Assembly: GCA_016867725.1 (NCBI GenBank)
Contig: VGIX01000003.1
Span: 26,866-90,865, forward strand
Source: Candidatus Effluviviaceae Genus I sp.
Lineage (GTDB): Bacteria > Joyebacterota > Joyebacteria > Joyebacterales > Joyebacteraceae
Direction of reading: 5' to 3'
DNA length: 64,000 nucleotides
In this document: piece after piece, positions 9,755 to 20,162 of the stretch
Position numbering within the stretch: position 1 is the stretch's first letter
How the letters are laid out: each line of letters begins with the position of its first letter
The notes under the pieces: model-generated
What the model was told of the DNA's origin: nothing
Seen by the model: only the letters and a program-made list of their open reading frames with translations
The model's database searches: none
Program-made: the position numbers and the translations under genes

Positions 9755-9799
9755 GAGCGGCGACCGGCGGTCCGGCGCGCGGGCCCCGCAAGAAAACCC

Positions 9800-9828
9800 T
9801 TGCGCGGACAGGGACGCCCGGCTAGACT
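9800..9828 (+). promoter_or_regulatory. sigma70-type promoter of the pyr/pur operon
   Basis: TTGCGC-17 nt-TAGACT. Confidence 0.6.
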
Positions 9829-9854
9829 GCCGCTGCACCCACACATGGACGGAC

Positions 9855-9889
9855 GCCTTTTAAACTAGCACGGCGAGGCTAGTAAGGGT
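9855..9889 (+). promoter_or_regulatory. PyrR-binding-site-like RNA element
   Basis: CCTTTTAAA-CTAG-CACGGCGAGG-CTAG-TAAGG, architecture of the PyrR anti-antiterminator, directly upstream of pyrB. Confidence 0.65.
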
Positions 9890-9907
9890 GAGCACACCAA
9901 ACGCGAT

Positions 9908-9955
9908 ACGGCGGGTCATCGCAAGCTAGCGCTCGCGAGGCCCGCCGTTGCGTTT
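9908..9955 (+). terminator. Attenuator/terminator hairpin in pyr leader
   Basis: ACGGCGGGTC...GGCCCGCCGT stem followed by TGCGTTT. Confidence 0.5.
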
Positions 9956-9981
9956 GCCCCTCAGCCTCGGGGAGGGTAAGC

Positions 9982-10950
9982 GTGAGCTGGACGAGCAAGC
10001 ACCTCCTGGGCCTCGAGGGGGTGACGCGCGAGGAGATCGTCACCATCCTCGACACGGCCGCGAAGTTCCGGGAGGTCCTCGACCGCCCCGTCAAGAAGGT
10101 GCCGACGCTGCGCGGCGTGACCGTGGTCAATCTCTTCTTCGAGCCGAGCACGCGCACGCGCATGTCCTTCGAGCTCGCGGAGAAGCGGCTGTCGGCGGAC
10201 ACGCTGAGCTTCACGGCGGCGACGTCGAGCGCGAAGAAGGGCGAGACGCTTCGCGACACGGCGCGGAACATCGAGGCCATGATGGTGGACATGGTGGTCA
10301 TCCGCCACTCGGCCCCCGGGGCGCCGCACTTCCTCGCCGACCACCTCGACGCCTCCATCATCAACGCGGGCGACGGCGCCCACGAGCACCCCACCCAGGC
10401 CCTCCTCGACCTCTTCACGATGAGGGAGCGGATGGGCGACATCGAGGGGAAGAAGGTCACCATCCTCGGGGACGTGCTGCACTCGCGCGTCGCCCGCTCG
10501 AACGTGTGGGGGCTCACGGCGATGGGCGCCGAGGTGACGCTCTGCGGCCCGGCGACGTTCATCCCGGCCGAGATCGAGCGCGTCGGCGTCGCCGTGACGA
10601 CCGACCTCGACGCGGCGGTCGGGGACGCCGACGTCGTCAACATCCTCCGCATCCAGCAGGAGCGGCTCGACGGCTGCTTCATCCCGAGCCTCAGGGAGTA
10701 CGCCGCGCTCTTCGGCGTCACGCGCGAGCGCGTCGAGCGCATGCGACCGGACGTCGTGATCATGCACCCGGGGCCGATCAACCGCGGCGTGGAGCTCGCG
10801 CCCGACGTGGCCGACGGCGAGCGCTCCGTGATCCTCGAGCAGGTGACGAACGGGGTCGCCGTCCGCATGGCGGTCATCTACCTTCTGTCCAGGGCGAGGG
10901 CGGCCGAGCGCGTCGAGGGCGCCGAGATCCTCGCGGAGGTGGGACTATGA
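9982..10950 (+). CDS. pyrB: Aspartate carbamoyltransferase catalytic subunit
   Basis: [40 protein letters not shown]. Confidence 0.97.
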   Translation: MSWTSKHLLGLEGVTREEIVTILDTAAKFREVLDRPVKKVPTLRGVTVVNLFFEPSTRTRMSFELAEKRLSADTLSFTAATSSAKKGETLRDTARNIEAMMVDMVVIRHSAPGAPHFLADHLDASIINAGDGAHEHPTQALLDLFTMRERMGDIEGKKVTILGDVLHSRVARSNVWGLTAMGAEVTLCGPATFIPAEIERVGVAVTTDLDAAVGDADVVNILRIQQERLDGCFIPSLREYAALFGVTRERVERMRPDVVIMHPGPINRGVELAPDVADGERSVILEQVTNGVAVRMAVIYLLSRARAAERVEGAEILAEVGL

Positions 10951-12296
10951 AGAAGACGCTCCTGAGAGGCGGGCGGCTGGTCGATCCCGCGACGCGCGCC
11001 GACGACAGGCTCGACCTCCTCATCGTGGACGGCAAGGTCGCCGAGCGGGCGCCGAACCTGCCGGCGGACGAGTCCACGACCGTCCTCGACGTCGCGGGCC
11101 TCGTCGTCTGCCCGGGCTTCGTGGACATGCACGTGCACCTGCGCGAGCCGGGCCGCGAGGACGAGGAGACGATCGAGAGCGGAGGCCTCGCGGCCGTCCA
11201 CGGCGGCGTCACGGCGATGGCGGCCATGCCGAACACGAGCCCGGCCATGGACACCGCCTCGTGGGTGGAGTTCGTGCGGACGAGGCCGTGCGCCGCGGCC
11301 GTGCACCCGATCGCGGCCGTGACGGTGGGGCGCGAGGGGAAGGTGCTGACCGAGATGGCCGAGCTCGCGGCGGCCGGCGCCGTGGCCTTCAGCGACGACG
11401 GATCGCCCGTGGCGAGCGGGCACGTCATGCGGATGGCGCTCCAGTACGCCTCGATGGTCGGGCGACCGATCATCGCGCACTGCGAGGATGCCGACCTCGC
11501 GCGGGGCGGCGCGATGCACGAGGGGCTCGCCTCGACGATCGCGGGGCTCAAGCCGTCGCCGGCGGCCGCCGAGGAGGTGATGGTCGCCCGCGACGTCATC
11601 CTCGCCCGCGCCACGGGCGCGCGGCTCCACATCGCCCACGTCTCCACGGGGGGCTCCGTCGAGCTCGTGCGAAGGGCCAAGGCGGACGGCGCCGCGGTCA
11701 CGTGCGAGACCTGCCCGCACTACCTGAGCCTGACGGACGACGACGTGAGGACCTACGACACGAGCTTCAAGGTGAACCCGCCGCTCCGGTCGGCCCGCGA
11801 CGTCGAGGCGCTGCGCGAGGGGCTGGCCGACGGAACGATCGACGCGGTCGCGAGCGATCACGCGCCGCACTCGCTCGAGGAGAAGCAGGTCGAGTTCGAC
11901 GCGGCGCCGCCCGGCGCCATCGGCCTCGAGACGACGCTTCCCGTGGTCGTCACGCACCTCGTCGCGCCGGGGATCATCTCGCTGTCGCGCGCCGTCGAGG
12001 TCCTGAGCGTGAACCCGGCGGCCATCCTCGGGGTCCCCGGCGGCACGCTCGAGGTCGGCGCGCCCGCCGATGTCGCGGTGTTCGACGCCGAGCGCAGATG
12101 GAAGGTGGACGAGCCCTGGTTCCGCTCGAGGTCCAGGAACTCGCCGTTCATCGGCCACGTGCTCTGCGGACGCGTCACGATGACGCTCCGCGGAGGCGAG
12201 GTCGTCTTCAGCGAACCGGAGCATGACGATCCAGGCGACTGCGAGGCTCGAGAGAGCGACGCGCGTGCGCGCGGAGGACTTCCTGTGCGCGTTTGA
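10947..12296 (+). CDS. pyrC: Dihydroorotase (type I)
   Basis: [27 protein letters not shown]; ATGA overlap with pyrB. Confidence 0.95.
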   Translation: MKKTLLRGGRLVDPATRADDRLDLLIVDGKVAERAPNLPADESTTVLDVAGLVVCPGFVDMHVHLREPGREDEETIESGGLAAVHGGVTAMAAMPNTSPAMDTASWVEFVRTRPCAAAVHPIAAVTVGREGKVLTEMAELAAAGAVAFSDDGSPVASGHVMRMALQYASMVGRPIIAHCEDADLARGGAMHEGLASTIAGLKPSPAAAEEVMVARDVILARATGARLHIAHVSTGGSVELVRRAKADGAAVTCETCPHYLSLTDDDVRTYDTSFKVNPPLRSARDVEALREGLADGTIDAVASDHAPHSLEEKQVEFDAAPPGAIGLETTLPVVVTHLVAPGIISLSRAVEVLSVNPAAILGVPGGTLEVGAPADVAVFDAERRWKVDEPWFRSRSRNSPFIGHVLCGRVTMTLRGGEVVFSEPEHDDPGDCEARESDARARGGLPVRV

Positions 12297-13017
12297 CGCG
12301 GGCGGGGCGTTCCCCGACGCGCGCCCGGGGCAGTTCGTGCACGTGCGGACGCCGGCGGACCTCACGCTGAGGCGCCCCTTCTCGGTGGCCGCGGTCACGG
12401 GCCGGGGGCGCTTCGAGCTCCTCGTGCGAAAGAGGGGGGAGGGCACCGCCGCGCTCCTCTCGCTGCCGGAGGGGGCGGAGGTGTCGGTCCTCGGACCTTC
12501 GGGGAACGGGTTCGGCCTGCCGGAGCCCGGCGAGAGGGCGGTGCTCGTCGCCGGCGGCATCGGCGTCGCGGGCCTGCGGCACCTCTCGCGGACGCTCGCG
12601 AGGGACGGCCGCCGCCAGGTGGTTCTGGTCGGCGCGCCGACGGCGACGGCGCTCCTCGACGGCGTGCTTCCCGGGCCGACGACGGACGGCGCGGTGCGCG
12701 TCGAGGTCGCCACGGACGACGGCTCGCGAGGGCTCCGGGGGACGGTGTGCGACCTCGTCGGGCGCGCGCTCGAGGAGACGGACGCGCCGGCCCGCGTCTA
12801 CTGCTGCGGGCCGCAGGCGATGCTCCGCTCGGCGGCGGGGATCGCACTCGCGGCGGGCGCGCGGTGCGAGGCGCTCGTCGAGGAGGTCATGGCCTGCGGG
12901 ATCGGCGCGTGCCGGGGGTGCGTCGTGCGGACGCGGACCGGGTATCGCGCCGCGTGCGCCGACGGGCCGGTGTTCGACGCGGCGGAGCTCGTGTTCGACG
13001 GGGAGGAGCGTGCCTGA
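12223..13017 (+). CDS. pyrK: Dihydroorotate dehydrogenase B electron transfer subunit
   Basis: LRRPFS, GGIG, CGP, MACGIGACRGC...CADGPVF (2Fe-2S). Confidence 0.93.
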   Translation: MTIQATARLERATRVRAEDFLCAFDAGGAFPDARPGQFVHVRTPADLTLRRPFSVAAVTGRGRFELLVRKRGEGTAALLSLPEGAEVSVLGPSGNGFGLPEPGERAVLVAGGIGVAGLRHLSRTLARDGRRQVVLVGAPTATALLDGVLPGPTTDGAVRVEVATDDGSRGLRGTVCDLVGRALEETDAPARVYCCGPQAMLRSAAGIALAAGARCEALVEEVMACGIGACRGCVVRTRTGYRAACADGPVFDAAELVFDGEERA

Positions 13018-13930
13018 CCTCAGAACGACGTTCGCCGGCATCGCGATGCGGACCCCGATCATGCTGGCCTCGGGGACCGTGGGATACGGCGGCGAGCTGT
13101 CAGGGCTTTGCGACTTCTCGAGCGTCGGGGCGATCGTGACGAAGACCGTGACGGAGGCGCCGAGGGATGGCAACCGGCCCCCGCGCCTGGCCGAGACGCC
13201 TGGCGGGCTCCTGAACGCGATCGGGCTTGAGAACGTGGGGATCGAGCGCTTCCTCGACGAGAAGCTGCCCGCGGCGGCCGCGCTCGGAGCGCCGGTCGTC
13301 GTGAGCGTCGCGGGGGACAGCCCGGCGGCGTTCGCGAGGCTCGCGCGGCGCGTCGGGGAGCGGCCGGAGACGGCCGCGGTCGAGATCAACATCTCGTGCC
13401 CGAACGTGGAGCGCGCGCGTCGCCCGGTCTGGGACGACCCGGACGCGACGGCGGCCGTCGTGGCCGCGGCGAGGGCGGCCACGGGCAAACCGCTCCTCGT
13501 CAAGCTCTCGCCGAACACGGCCGATGCCCTGAGCGTCGCCGAGGCGGCCCAGCGCGCCGGCGCGGACGCCCTCGTCGTGGCGAACACGCTGCCGGGCATG
13601 AGGATCGACATCGAGACCGGGCGTCCCGCGCTCGGGAACGCGACCGGCGGCCTCTCGGGGCGGGCGCTCATGCCGGTGAACCTCGCGCTCGTGTGGAGGA
13701 TCGCCGCGGGCGTGTCGATCCCGCTCGCGGGGTCCGGCGGCGTCGCGACGGCCGAGGACGCGCTCGAGTATCTCATGGCAGGCGCGTCCGCCGTGCAGGT
13801 GGGGACCGCGCTGTTCCTCGACCCCGACGCCGCGACGACGATCGCCGAGGGGCTCAGGCGTCGCATGGCGCACGATGGCGTGCGCAGCGTGGCCGAGTAC
13901 AAGGGGATGGCCGGGAGGATGTCCACATGA
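13010..13930 (+). CDS. pyrD: Dihydroorotate dehydrogenase class 1B catalytic subunit
   Basis: GNRPPRLAET, LNAIGLEN, EINISCPN, KLSPN, GGLSG. Confidence 0.95.
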   Translation: MPDLRTTFAGIAMRTPIMLASGTVGYGGELSGLCDFSSVGAIVTKTVTEAPRDGNRPPRLAETPGGLLNAIGLENVGIERFLDEKLPAAAALGAPVVVSVAGDSPAAFARLARRVGERPETAAVEINISCPNVERARRPVWDDPDATAAVVAAARAATGKPLLVKLSPNTADALSVAEAAQRAGADALVVANTLPGMRIDIETGRPALGNATGGLSGRALMPVNLALVWRIAAGVSIPLAGSGGVATAEDALEYLMAGASAVQVGTALFLDPDAATTIAEGLRRRMAHDGVRSVAEYKGMAGRMST

Positions 13931-14628
13931 ACGACCGCGAACGCAGCCGCCTCATCGTGGCGCTCGACGTGCCGACGAGGAGTGAGGCGCTCTCGTTCGC
14001 CCGGCGGGTCGGCCCGCACGCGGGGTTCCTCAAGGTCGGGTCGAGGCTCTTCACGGCCGAGGGACCCGACCTCGTCCGCGCGCTCAAGTCCGCGGGGCAC
14101 GGGATCTTCCTCGATCTCAAGTACCACGACATCCCCAACACGGTCGCCGAGGCGGCCGCGGCCGCGGCGGGGCTCGGCGTGGACTTCTTCGACGTGCACG
14201 CGTCGGGCGGTGCCGACATGGTGCGCGCGGCGGCGGAGGCGAGCCGGGAGGAAGCCTCGAGGCTCGGCCTGCCGCGCCCGCGCCTCCTGGCCGTCACCGT
14301 GCTCACGAGCATGCCCTCGACCGTCGAGCAGGTGACGCAGCTCGCGAGGCTCGCGCGGGACGCGGGGGCCGACGGCGTCGTCGCGTCCGCGCAGGAGGCG
14401 CGCGCCGTCCGCGACGTGACGGGGAGCGGCTTCGTCATCGTCACGCCGGGCATCCGCCCGGCGGGCGCGGGCAGGAACGACCAACGCCGCGTCGCCACTC
14501 CCGCCGAGGCCGTGGCGAGCGGAGCCGACTACATCGTCGTGGGCCGGCCGGTCCTCGCCGCGGACGACCCCGCGGCGGCCGCCCGTGCCATCGTGGAGGA
14601 GATGCAGAGCGCGGGGGTGACGCCGTGA
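13927..14628 (+). CDS. pyrF: Orotidine-5'-phosphate decarboxylase
   Basis: LIVALD, FLDLKYHDIPNT, VTPGIR, DQRRVATP, VVGRP. Confidence 0.96.
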   Translation: MNDRERSRLIVALDVPTRSEALSFARRVGPHAGFLKVGSRLFTAEGPDLVRALKSAGHGIFLDLKYHDIPNTVAEAAAAAAGLGVDFFDVHASGGADMVRAAAEASREEASRLGLPRPRLLAVTVLTSMPSTVEQVTQLARLARDAGADGVVASAQEARAVRDVTGSGFVIVTPGIRPAGAGRNDQRRVATPAEAVASGADYIVVGRPVLAADDPAAAARAIVEEMQSAGVTP

Positions 14629-15218
14629 TGACAGGGACCACGGAGAGGGTGCTCGAGCTTCTCGCCGAGTCGGGAGCGCTGCTCAAGGGGCACTTCAGGC
14701 TCTCATCGGGCCGGCACAGCGACGAGTACTGCCAGTGCGCCCGCGTCCTCGAGCGGCCCGAGGCGGCCGAGGAGCTGGGCGCGATGCTCGCGGAGCTGTT
14801 CGTGGGCGATGACGTGGACGCGGTCGTGTCGCCCGCGCTCGGGGGCATCATCATCGGGCACGAGGTCGCGCGGGCGCTGGGCGTGCGATGCCTGTTCGCC
14901 GAGCGCGAGGACGGGAGGATGACGCTGAGGCGCGGGTTCGCGCTCCGCGAGGGCGAGCGCGCGCTGATCATCGAGGACGTGAGGACGACCGGGGGCTCCG
15001 TGCTCGAGGTGGCCGAGGTGGTGCGCGCGGCGGGCGCGGTCGTTGCCGGGTTCGGGTTCATCCTGGACAGGAGCCGGGAGCCCCGCGACCTCGGCGCGCC
15101 GGCCCGCGCGCTCGCGAGGCGCCCCATGGAGAGCCACGAGCCCGAGCGCTGCCCGCTCTGCGCGGACGGCGTGCCGGTCGTGAAGCCGGGGAGCAGGCCG
15201 GGGACCGAGAGAGCATGA
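14625..15218 (+). CDS. pyrE: Orotate phosphoribosyltransferase
   Basis: GHFRLSSGRHS, IIEDVRTTGGS, KPGSR; position in pyr operon. Confidence 0.95.
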   Translation: MMTGTTERVLELLAESGALLKGHFRLSSGRHSDEYCQCARVLERPEAAEELGAMLAELFVGDDVDAVVSPALGGIIIGHEVARALGVRCLFAEREDGRMTLRRGFALREGERALIIEDVRTTGGSVLEVAEVVRAAGAVVAGFGFILDRSREPRDLGAPARALARRPMESHEPERCPLCADGVPVVKPGSRPGTERA

Positions 15219-15285
15219 CTCCGTTCGGAGGCGACGGCCGGGGCGGCGCGCCCGGCGGAAGGCGGAACCCCCACAGGAGGACGCG

Positions 15286-16446
15286 ATGAGCTCGTACATT
15301 GGCCGCGGGAGGAAGGCACGGCAGACCTTCGGCTTCGATGAGGTCGCCATCGTCCCCGGGCGGGTGACCATCAACCCGGACGAGGTCGACACGACGTGGC
15401 AGCTGCGCGACCTCAGGTTCGGCGTGCCCATCCTCGCCGCGGCGATGGACGGGGTGGTGGACACGGCGATGGCCGTCGCCATGTCGAGGCTCGGGGGGCT
15501 CGCCGTGCTCAACCTCGAGGGCGTCCAGACGAGGTACGAGGCCCCGGGGACGGTGCTCGGCGAGATCGCGAGCGCTGACCCGGCCGAGGCCACGCGCCTC
15601 GTGCAGAAGCTCTACCAGCCGCCGATCAAGGAGGAGCTCGTCGCGACGCGCATCCGCGAGATCAAGAGCGGCGGCGGCGTCGCCGCGGTGTCGTCCACGC
15701 CGATCCGCGCCGCGCAGCTCGGCCGGCTTGCGGAGCAGGCGGGCGCGGACGTGTTCGTCGTCCAGTCCACGGTCGCGACGATCGACCACATCTCGACGGC
15801 GTACAAGACCCTCGACCTTCCGGCGTTCATCGACTCGATGAAGGTCCCGGTCATCGTCGGCAACTGCGTCACCTACGAGGTCGCGATGGACCTGATGGAG
15901 GCCGGCGCCGACGCGGTGCTCGTGGGCGTGGGCCCGGGCGCGGCGTGCACGACGAGAGGCGTGCTGGGCATCGGCGTCCCGCAGGTCACGGCGACCGTGG
16001 ACTGCGCGGCCGCGCGCGACCTCTACCTCAAGCGCGCGGGCAAGTACGTCCCCGTCATCACGGACGGCGGCATGGACACCGGCGGCGACGTGTGCAAGGC
16101 GTTCGCCTCGGGGGCCGACGCCGTCATGATCGGCTCGGCGCTCGCGCGCGCGAAGGAGGCCCCGGGGCGCGGCTACCACTGGGGCATGGCGACCCCGCAC
16201 GCGAACCTCCCGCGGGGCGCGCGGGTGAAGACGGGAACGAGCGGGACGCTCGAGGAGATCATCGTCGGCCCGGCGCGCACCGACGACGGCACGCAGAACC
16301 TCCTCGGGGCCCTCAGGACGTGCATGGGCAACGTCGGCGCGAAGAACATCCTCGAGATGCAGCAGGCCGACCTGATCATCGCCCCGTCCATCCGGTCGGA
16401 GGGCAAGCTCATGCAGCGGGCGCAGCACGTCGGGATGTGGAGGTAG
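15286..16446 (+). CDS. guaB3: GuaB3-family IMP dehydrogenase (no CBS domains)
   Basis: [60 protein letters not shown]. Confidence 0.88.
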   Translation: MSSYIGRGRKARQTFGFDEVAIVPGRVTINPDEVDTTWQLRDLRFGVPILAAAMDGVVDTAMAVAMSRLGGLAVLNLEGVQTRYEAPGTVLGEIASADPAEATRLVQKLYQPPIKEELVATRIREIKSGGGVAAVSSTPIRAAQLGRLAEQAGADVFVVQSTVATIDHISTAYKTLDLPAFIDSMKVPVIVGNCVTYEVAMDLMEAGADAVLVGVGPGAACTTRGVLGIGVPQVTATVDCAAARDLYLKRAGKYVPVITDGGMDTGGDVCKAFASGADAVMIGSALARAKEAPGRGYHWGMATPHANLPRGARVKTGTSGTLEEIIVGPARTDDGTQNLLGALRTCMGNVGAKNILEMQQADLIIAPSIRSEGKLMQRAQHVGMWR

Positions 16447-16450
16447 CGCG

Positions 16451-18049
16451 ATGGCGTCGGGAGCGGCGACGGTCACGGCGAAGAGCGCGCGCGGGGACTG
16501 CGCCGCGGGGACCTCGGGAAGGACGCGCGTCGTCATCCTCGACTTCGGCTCGCAGTACACCCACCTCATCGCGCGGCGCGTGCGCGAGTGCGGCGTGTAC
16601 TCCGAGGTCGTGCGGTTCGACACGCCCGCCGCCGAGGTCGCCCGCAACGCCGGGGCCGTCGTGCTGTCGGGCGGGCCGTCGAGCATCTACGCGGAGGGCG
16701 CGCCGAGGCCGGACCCGGGGATCTTCCGGCTCGGCGTCCCCGTGCTCGGCATCTGCTACGGGATGCAGGCGATGGCCGAGGCGCTCGGCGGGCGGGTCAT
16801 CCGCGGAACGACGCGGGAGTACGGTCCCCAGGGGTTCGAGGTCGCGGGCCGCCACCGGCTCTTCGACGGCCTCCCGGCCCGAGCGCAGGTGTGGATGAGC
16901 CACGGCGACGAGGTCGTCGCGCCGCCGGCCGGATTCGAGGTCCTCGGAAGGAGCGCGGACGGCAAGATCGCGTCGTTCGGCGACGACGGGCGCCGCCTCT
17001 ACGGCCTCCAGTTCCACCCCGAGGTCGTCCACACGGAAGGGGGCGCGCGGCTCGTCGGGAACTTCGTTCACGGCATCGCCGGCATCGAGGGCGACTGGAC
17101 GCCCGCCTCGTTCGTCGAGGAGGCGGTCGGAGCGATCCGCGCGACGGTCGGCGACTCGAAGGTCGTCTGCGCGCTCTCGGGCGGCGTGGACTCGTCGGTG
17201 ATGTCGGTGCTCGTGCACCGGGCGATCGGCGACCGGCTCGTTCCCATCTTCGTGGACAACGGGCTCCTCAGGAAGAACGAGGAGACGGACGTCGTGGCGC
17301 GGCTCCGGGACGGGCTCGGGCTGCGCATCAGGACCGTGGACGCGCGCGACCGCTTCCTCTCGAAGCTCGCCGGCGTCGTCGATCCCGAGGCGAAGCGGAA
17401 GATCATCGGCACCGAGTTCATCCGCGTGTTCGAGGAGGAGGCGAGGAGCCTGGGCGGCGTCCGGTTCCTCGCGCAGGGCACGCTCTACCCGGACGTCATC
17501 GAGAGCGTGTCGGTCAAGGGGCCGTCGGCGACGATCAAGAGCCACCACAACGTGGGCGGGCTCCCGGAGCGGATGGACCTCGAGCTCATCGAGCCCCTGA
17601 AGACGCTCTTCAAGGACGAGGTGCGAAGCGTCGGCCGCGAGCTGGGGATCGACGCGGACATCCTGCGGCGGCACCCGTTCCCCGGGCCCGGGCTCGCGGT
17701 CCGCATCCTCGGCGACGTCACGGCCGGGCGCGTGGCGACCCTTCAGGAGGCCGACGCGATCGCGCTCGAGGAGATCCGCCGCGCCGGCCTCTACGACAGC
17801 ATCTGGCAGGCCTTCGTGGTGCTCCTGCCCGTGCAGAGCGTCGGCGTCATGGGCGACGAGCGCACGTACGAGGACGTCGTGGCCGTGCGCGCGGTGGACT
17901 CCCTCGACGGCATGACGGCGCACTGGTACCCGATGCCGCACGACGTGCTCGAGCGGATCTCGGCCCGCATCATCAACGAGGTCCGCGGCGTGAACCGGGT
18001 GTGCTACGACGTGAGCTCGAAGCCGCCCTCGACGATCGAGTGGGAGTAG
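16451..18049 (+). CDS. guaA: GMP synthase (glutamine-hydrolysing)
   Basis: [43 protein letters not shown]. Confidence 0.97.
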   Translation: MASGAATVTAKSARGDCAAGTSGRTRVVILDFGSQYTHLIARRVRECGVYSEVVRFDTPAAEVARNAGAVVLSGGPSSIYAEGAPRPDPGIFRLGVPVLGICYGMQAMAEALGGRVIRGTTREYGPQGFEVAGRHRLFDGLPARAQVWMSHGDEVVAPPAGFEVLGRSADGKIASFGDDGRRLYGLQFHPEVVHTEGGARLVGNFVHGIAGIEGDWTPASFVEEAVGAIRATVGDSKVVCALSGGVDSSVMSVLVHRAIGDRLVPIFVDNGLLRKNEETDVVARLRDGLGLRIRTVDARDRFLSKLAGVVDPEAKRKIIGTEFIRVFEEEARSLGGVRFLAQGTLYPDVIESVSVKGPSATIKSHHNVGGLPERMDLELIEPLKTLFKDEVRSVGRELGIDADILRRHPFPGPGLAVRILGDVTAGRVATLQEADAIALEEIRRAGLYDSIWQAFVVLLPVQSVGVMGDERTYEDVVAVRAVDSLDGMTAHWYPMPHDVLERISARIINEVRGVNRVCYDVSSKPPSTIEWE

Positions 18050-18065
18050 GGGGGAGGAGGAGCGC

Positions 18066-19460
18066 GTGATCGACAGGTACTCGACGCCCGAGATGACGGC
18101 CGTCTGGGACGAGCGCGTGAAGCTCGCGCTGTGGGTGAAGATCGAGGTCGAGGCCGCGCGCGCGATGGCCGACATCGGCCGCATCCCGCGCAGGGCGGCG
18201 GCGACCATCGGGAAGAAGGCCTCGGTGAGCATCGAGCGCATGCGCGAGATCGAGCAGGAGACGCACCACGACGTGATCGCGTTCATCTCCGCGCTCTCGG
18301 AGGAGATCGGGCCGGACTCGAAGTACCTCCATCTCGGGATGACGTCGTCCGACGTCCTCGACACGGCCACGGCCGCTCAGATCATGCGCTCCGGCGTGCT
18401 CGTCCTCGAGGCGCTCGACGGGGTCACCGCGTCCGTGGCGAGGCTCGCAGCCGAGCACGCGGACACGCCGATCGTCGGCCGCACGCACGGCGTGCACGCC
18501 GAACCGATGTCGCTCGGGCTTAAGTTCGCGCTCTGGTGGGACGAGCTCACGCGCGCCGGCGACAGCCTGGCCCTCGCCGTGGGCGAGGCGTCGGTCGGCA
18601 AGCTCTCGGGCGCGGTGGGGACCTACGCGAATGTGGACCCGCGCGTCGAGGAGCGCGTCTGCCGCGCGCTCGGCCTTCGGCCGGCGGGCGTCTCGAGCCA
18701 GATCGTCCCGCGGGACCGCCACGCGCGCTACCTCTTCGCGCTCGCGCTCCTCGGCAGCGTCATCGCGCGCCAGGCGCTCGAGATCAGGCTCCTCGCGCGC
18801 ACTGAGGCGTCCGAGATCATGGAGGGGTTCGCGCGGAAGCAGAAGGGCTCGTCGGCGATGCCGCACAAGAGGAACCCGGTGAAGTGCGAGCAGCTCTGCG
18901 GGCTCGCGCGGCTCCTGCGCGCCAACGCGATCGCCGGGCTCGAGAACGTCGAGCTGTGGCACGAGCGGGACATCTCGCACTCGTCGGTGGAGCGCGTGAT
19001 CCTGCCCGACAGCTCGATCGCGGCGCACTACATGGTCGTGAAGTTCCGCGGCATCGTGGACTCGCTCGAGGTGCGGCCCGACCGGATGCTCGAGAACCTG
19101 GGCTCGTCCCGCGGGCTCGTCTTCTCGGGCACGGTGCTCACGGCGCTCATCGACGCGGGCATGACGAGGGAGAAGGCGTACGAGCGCGTGCAGGCGGCGT
19201 CCATGCGGGCAAGGAGGGAGGGCGCCGCGCTCAGGGACGTGCTCGCGGAGGACGCCGAGGTCGTGCGGGCGCTGGGGAAGACGCTCGACGACGCGTTCGA
19301 CCTCGGCAGGCACCTCGCGCACGCGCGGACGGTCCTCGAACGGCTGGGGATCGTCGGGCCGGCGCGGGGACGGAAGGCGGCGGCACGGAAGAAGGGCGCG
19401 GGGAAGGCGAGGAGCGGGCGAACGGCAACCCGGAACGGAGAAAGGAGCGCGAGATCGTGA
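18066..19460 (+). CDS. purB: Adenylosuccinate lyase
   Basis: MIDRY, TSSDVLDT, GRTHGVHAEP, GSSAMPHKRNP, HERDISHSSVER. Confidence 0.97.
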   Translation: MIDRYSTPEMTAVWDERVKLALWVKIEVEAARAMADIGRIPRRAAATIGKKASVSIERMREIEQETHHDVIAFISALSEEIGPDSKYLHLGMTSSDVLDTATAAQIMRSGVLVLEALDGVTASVARLAAEHADTPIVGRTHGVHAEPMSLGLKFALWWDELTRAGDSLALAVGEASVGKLSGAVGTYANVDPRVEERVCRALGLRPAGVSSQIVPRDRHARYLFALALLGSVIARQALEIRLLARTEASEIMEGFARKQKGSSAMPHKRNPVKCEQLCGLARLLRANAIAGLENVELWHERDISHSSVERVILPDSSIAAHYMVVKFRGIVDSLEVRPDRMLENLGSSRGLVFSGTVLTALIDAGMTREKAYERVQAASMRARREGAALRDVLAEDAEVVRALGKTLDDAFDLGRHLAHARTVLERLGIVGPARGRKAAARKKGAGKARSGRTATRNGERSARS

Positions 19461-20161
19461 AGAAGCTGGAGAGGCTCTACGAGGGCAAGGCGAAGATCCT
19501 GTGGACGACGGACTCGCCGGAGCACATGGTCCAGGAGTTCAAGGACGACGCGACCGCGTTCGACGGAACGAAGCACGCGGTGGTCGAGGGCAAGGGGCGG
19601 TTCAACAACGCCATCTCGTCGCGCCTGTTCGAGATGCTCCGCGACGAGGGGATCCGCACGCACTTCGTGCGGAAGCTCTCCGAGCGCGAGATGCTCGTCG
19701 AGCGCCTCAAGATGCTCCCCGTCGAGGTCGTCGTCAGGAACGCGGCGGCGGGCTCCATCGTGAAGAAGCTCGGGGCGACCGAGGGCATGCGGTTCGACCC
19801 GCCGCTCGTCGAGTTCTTCCTCAAGAACGACGCGCTGCACGACCCGCTCATCACGGACGACCACATCCGCGCGTTCGGGCTCGCGCCGGAGGGGATGCCG
19901 CGGGAGATGCGGAAGCGGGCGCTTCAGGTCAACGACGTGCTCAGGCGCTTCCTCGCGGGGCGCGGCGTGGACCTCGTGGACTTCAAGCTCGAGTTCGGCC
20001 TGAAGGGCGGCGAGCTCGTGCTGGGCGACGAGGTGTCCCCGGACACCTGCCGGCTCCGCGACGCGGCGACGGGGAGGATCATGGACAAGGACAGGTTCCG
20101 GCAGGACCTCGGCGGGTTCATGGAGGCCTACGGCGAGGTTCTGGACCGGGTAACCCAGTGA
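19457..20161 (+). CDS. purC: SAICAR synthetase
   Basis: YEGKAK, FKDDATAFDG, VEVVVRN, LVDFKLEFG, DEVSPDTCR, DKDRFR. Confidence 0.97.
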   Translation: MKKLERLYEGKAKILWTTDSPEHMVQEFKDDATAFDGTKHAVVEGKGRFNNAISSRLFEMLRDEGIRTHFVRKLSEREMLVERLKMLPVEVVVRNAAAGSIVKKLGATEGMRFDPPLVEFFLKNDALHDPLITDDHIRAFGLAPEGMPREMRKRALQVNDVLRRFLAGRGVDLVDFKLEFGLKGGELVLGDEVSPDTCRLRDAATGRIMDKDRFRQDLGGFMEAYGEVLDRVTQ

Positions 20162-20162
20162 G

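Noticed and set aside
12223-12296. 74-nt pyrC/pyrK overlap suggesting programmed frameshift or fusion
   Set aside because: Both genes are complete and no slippery site was seen. Most simply this is a drifted stop codon.
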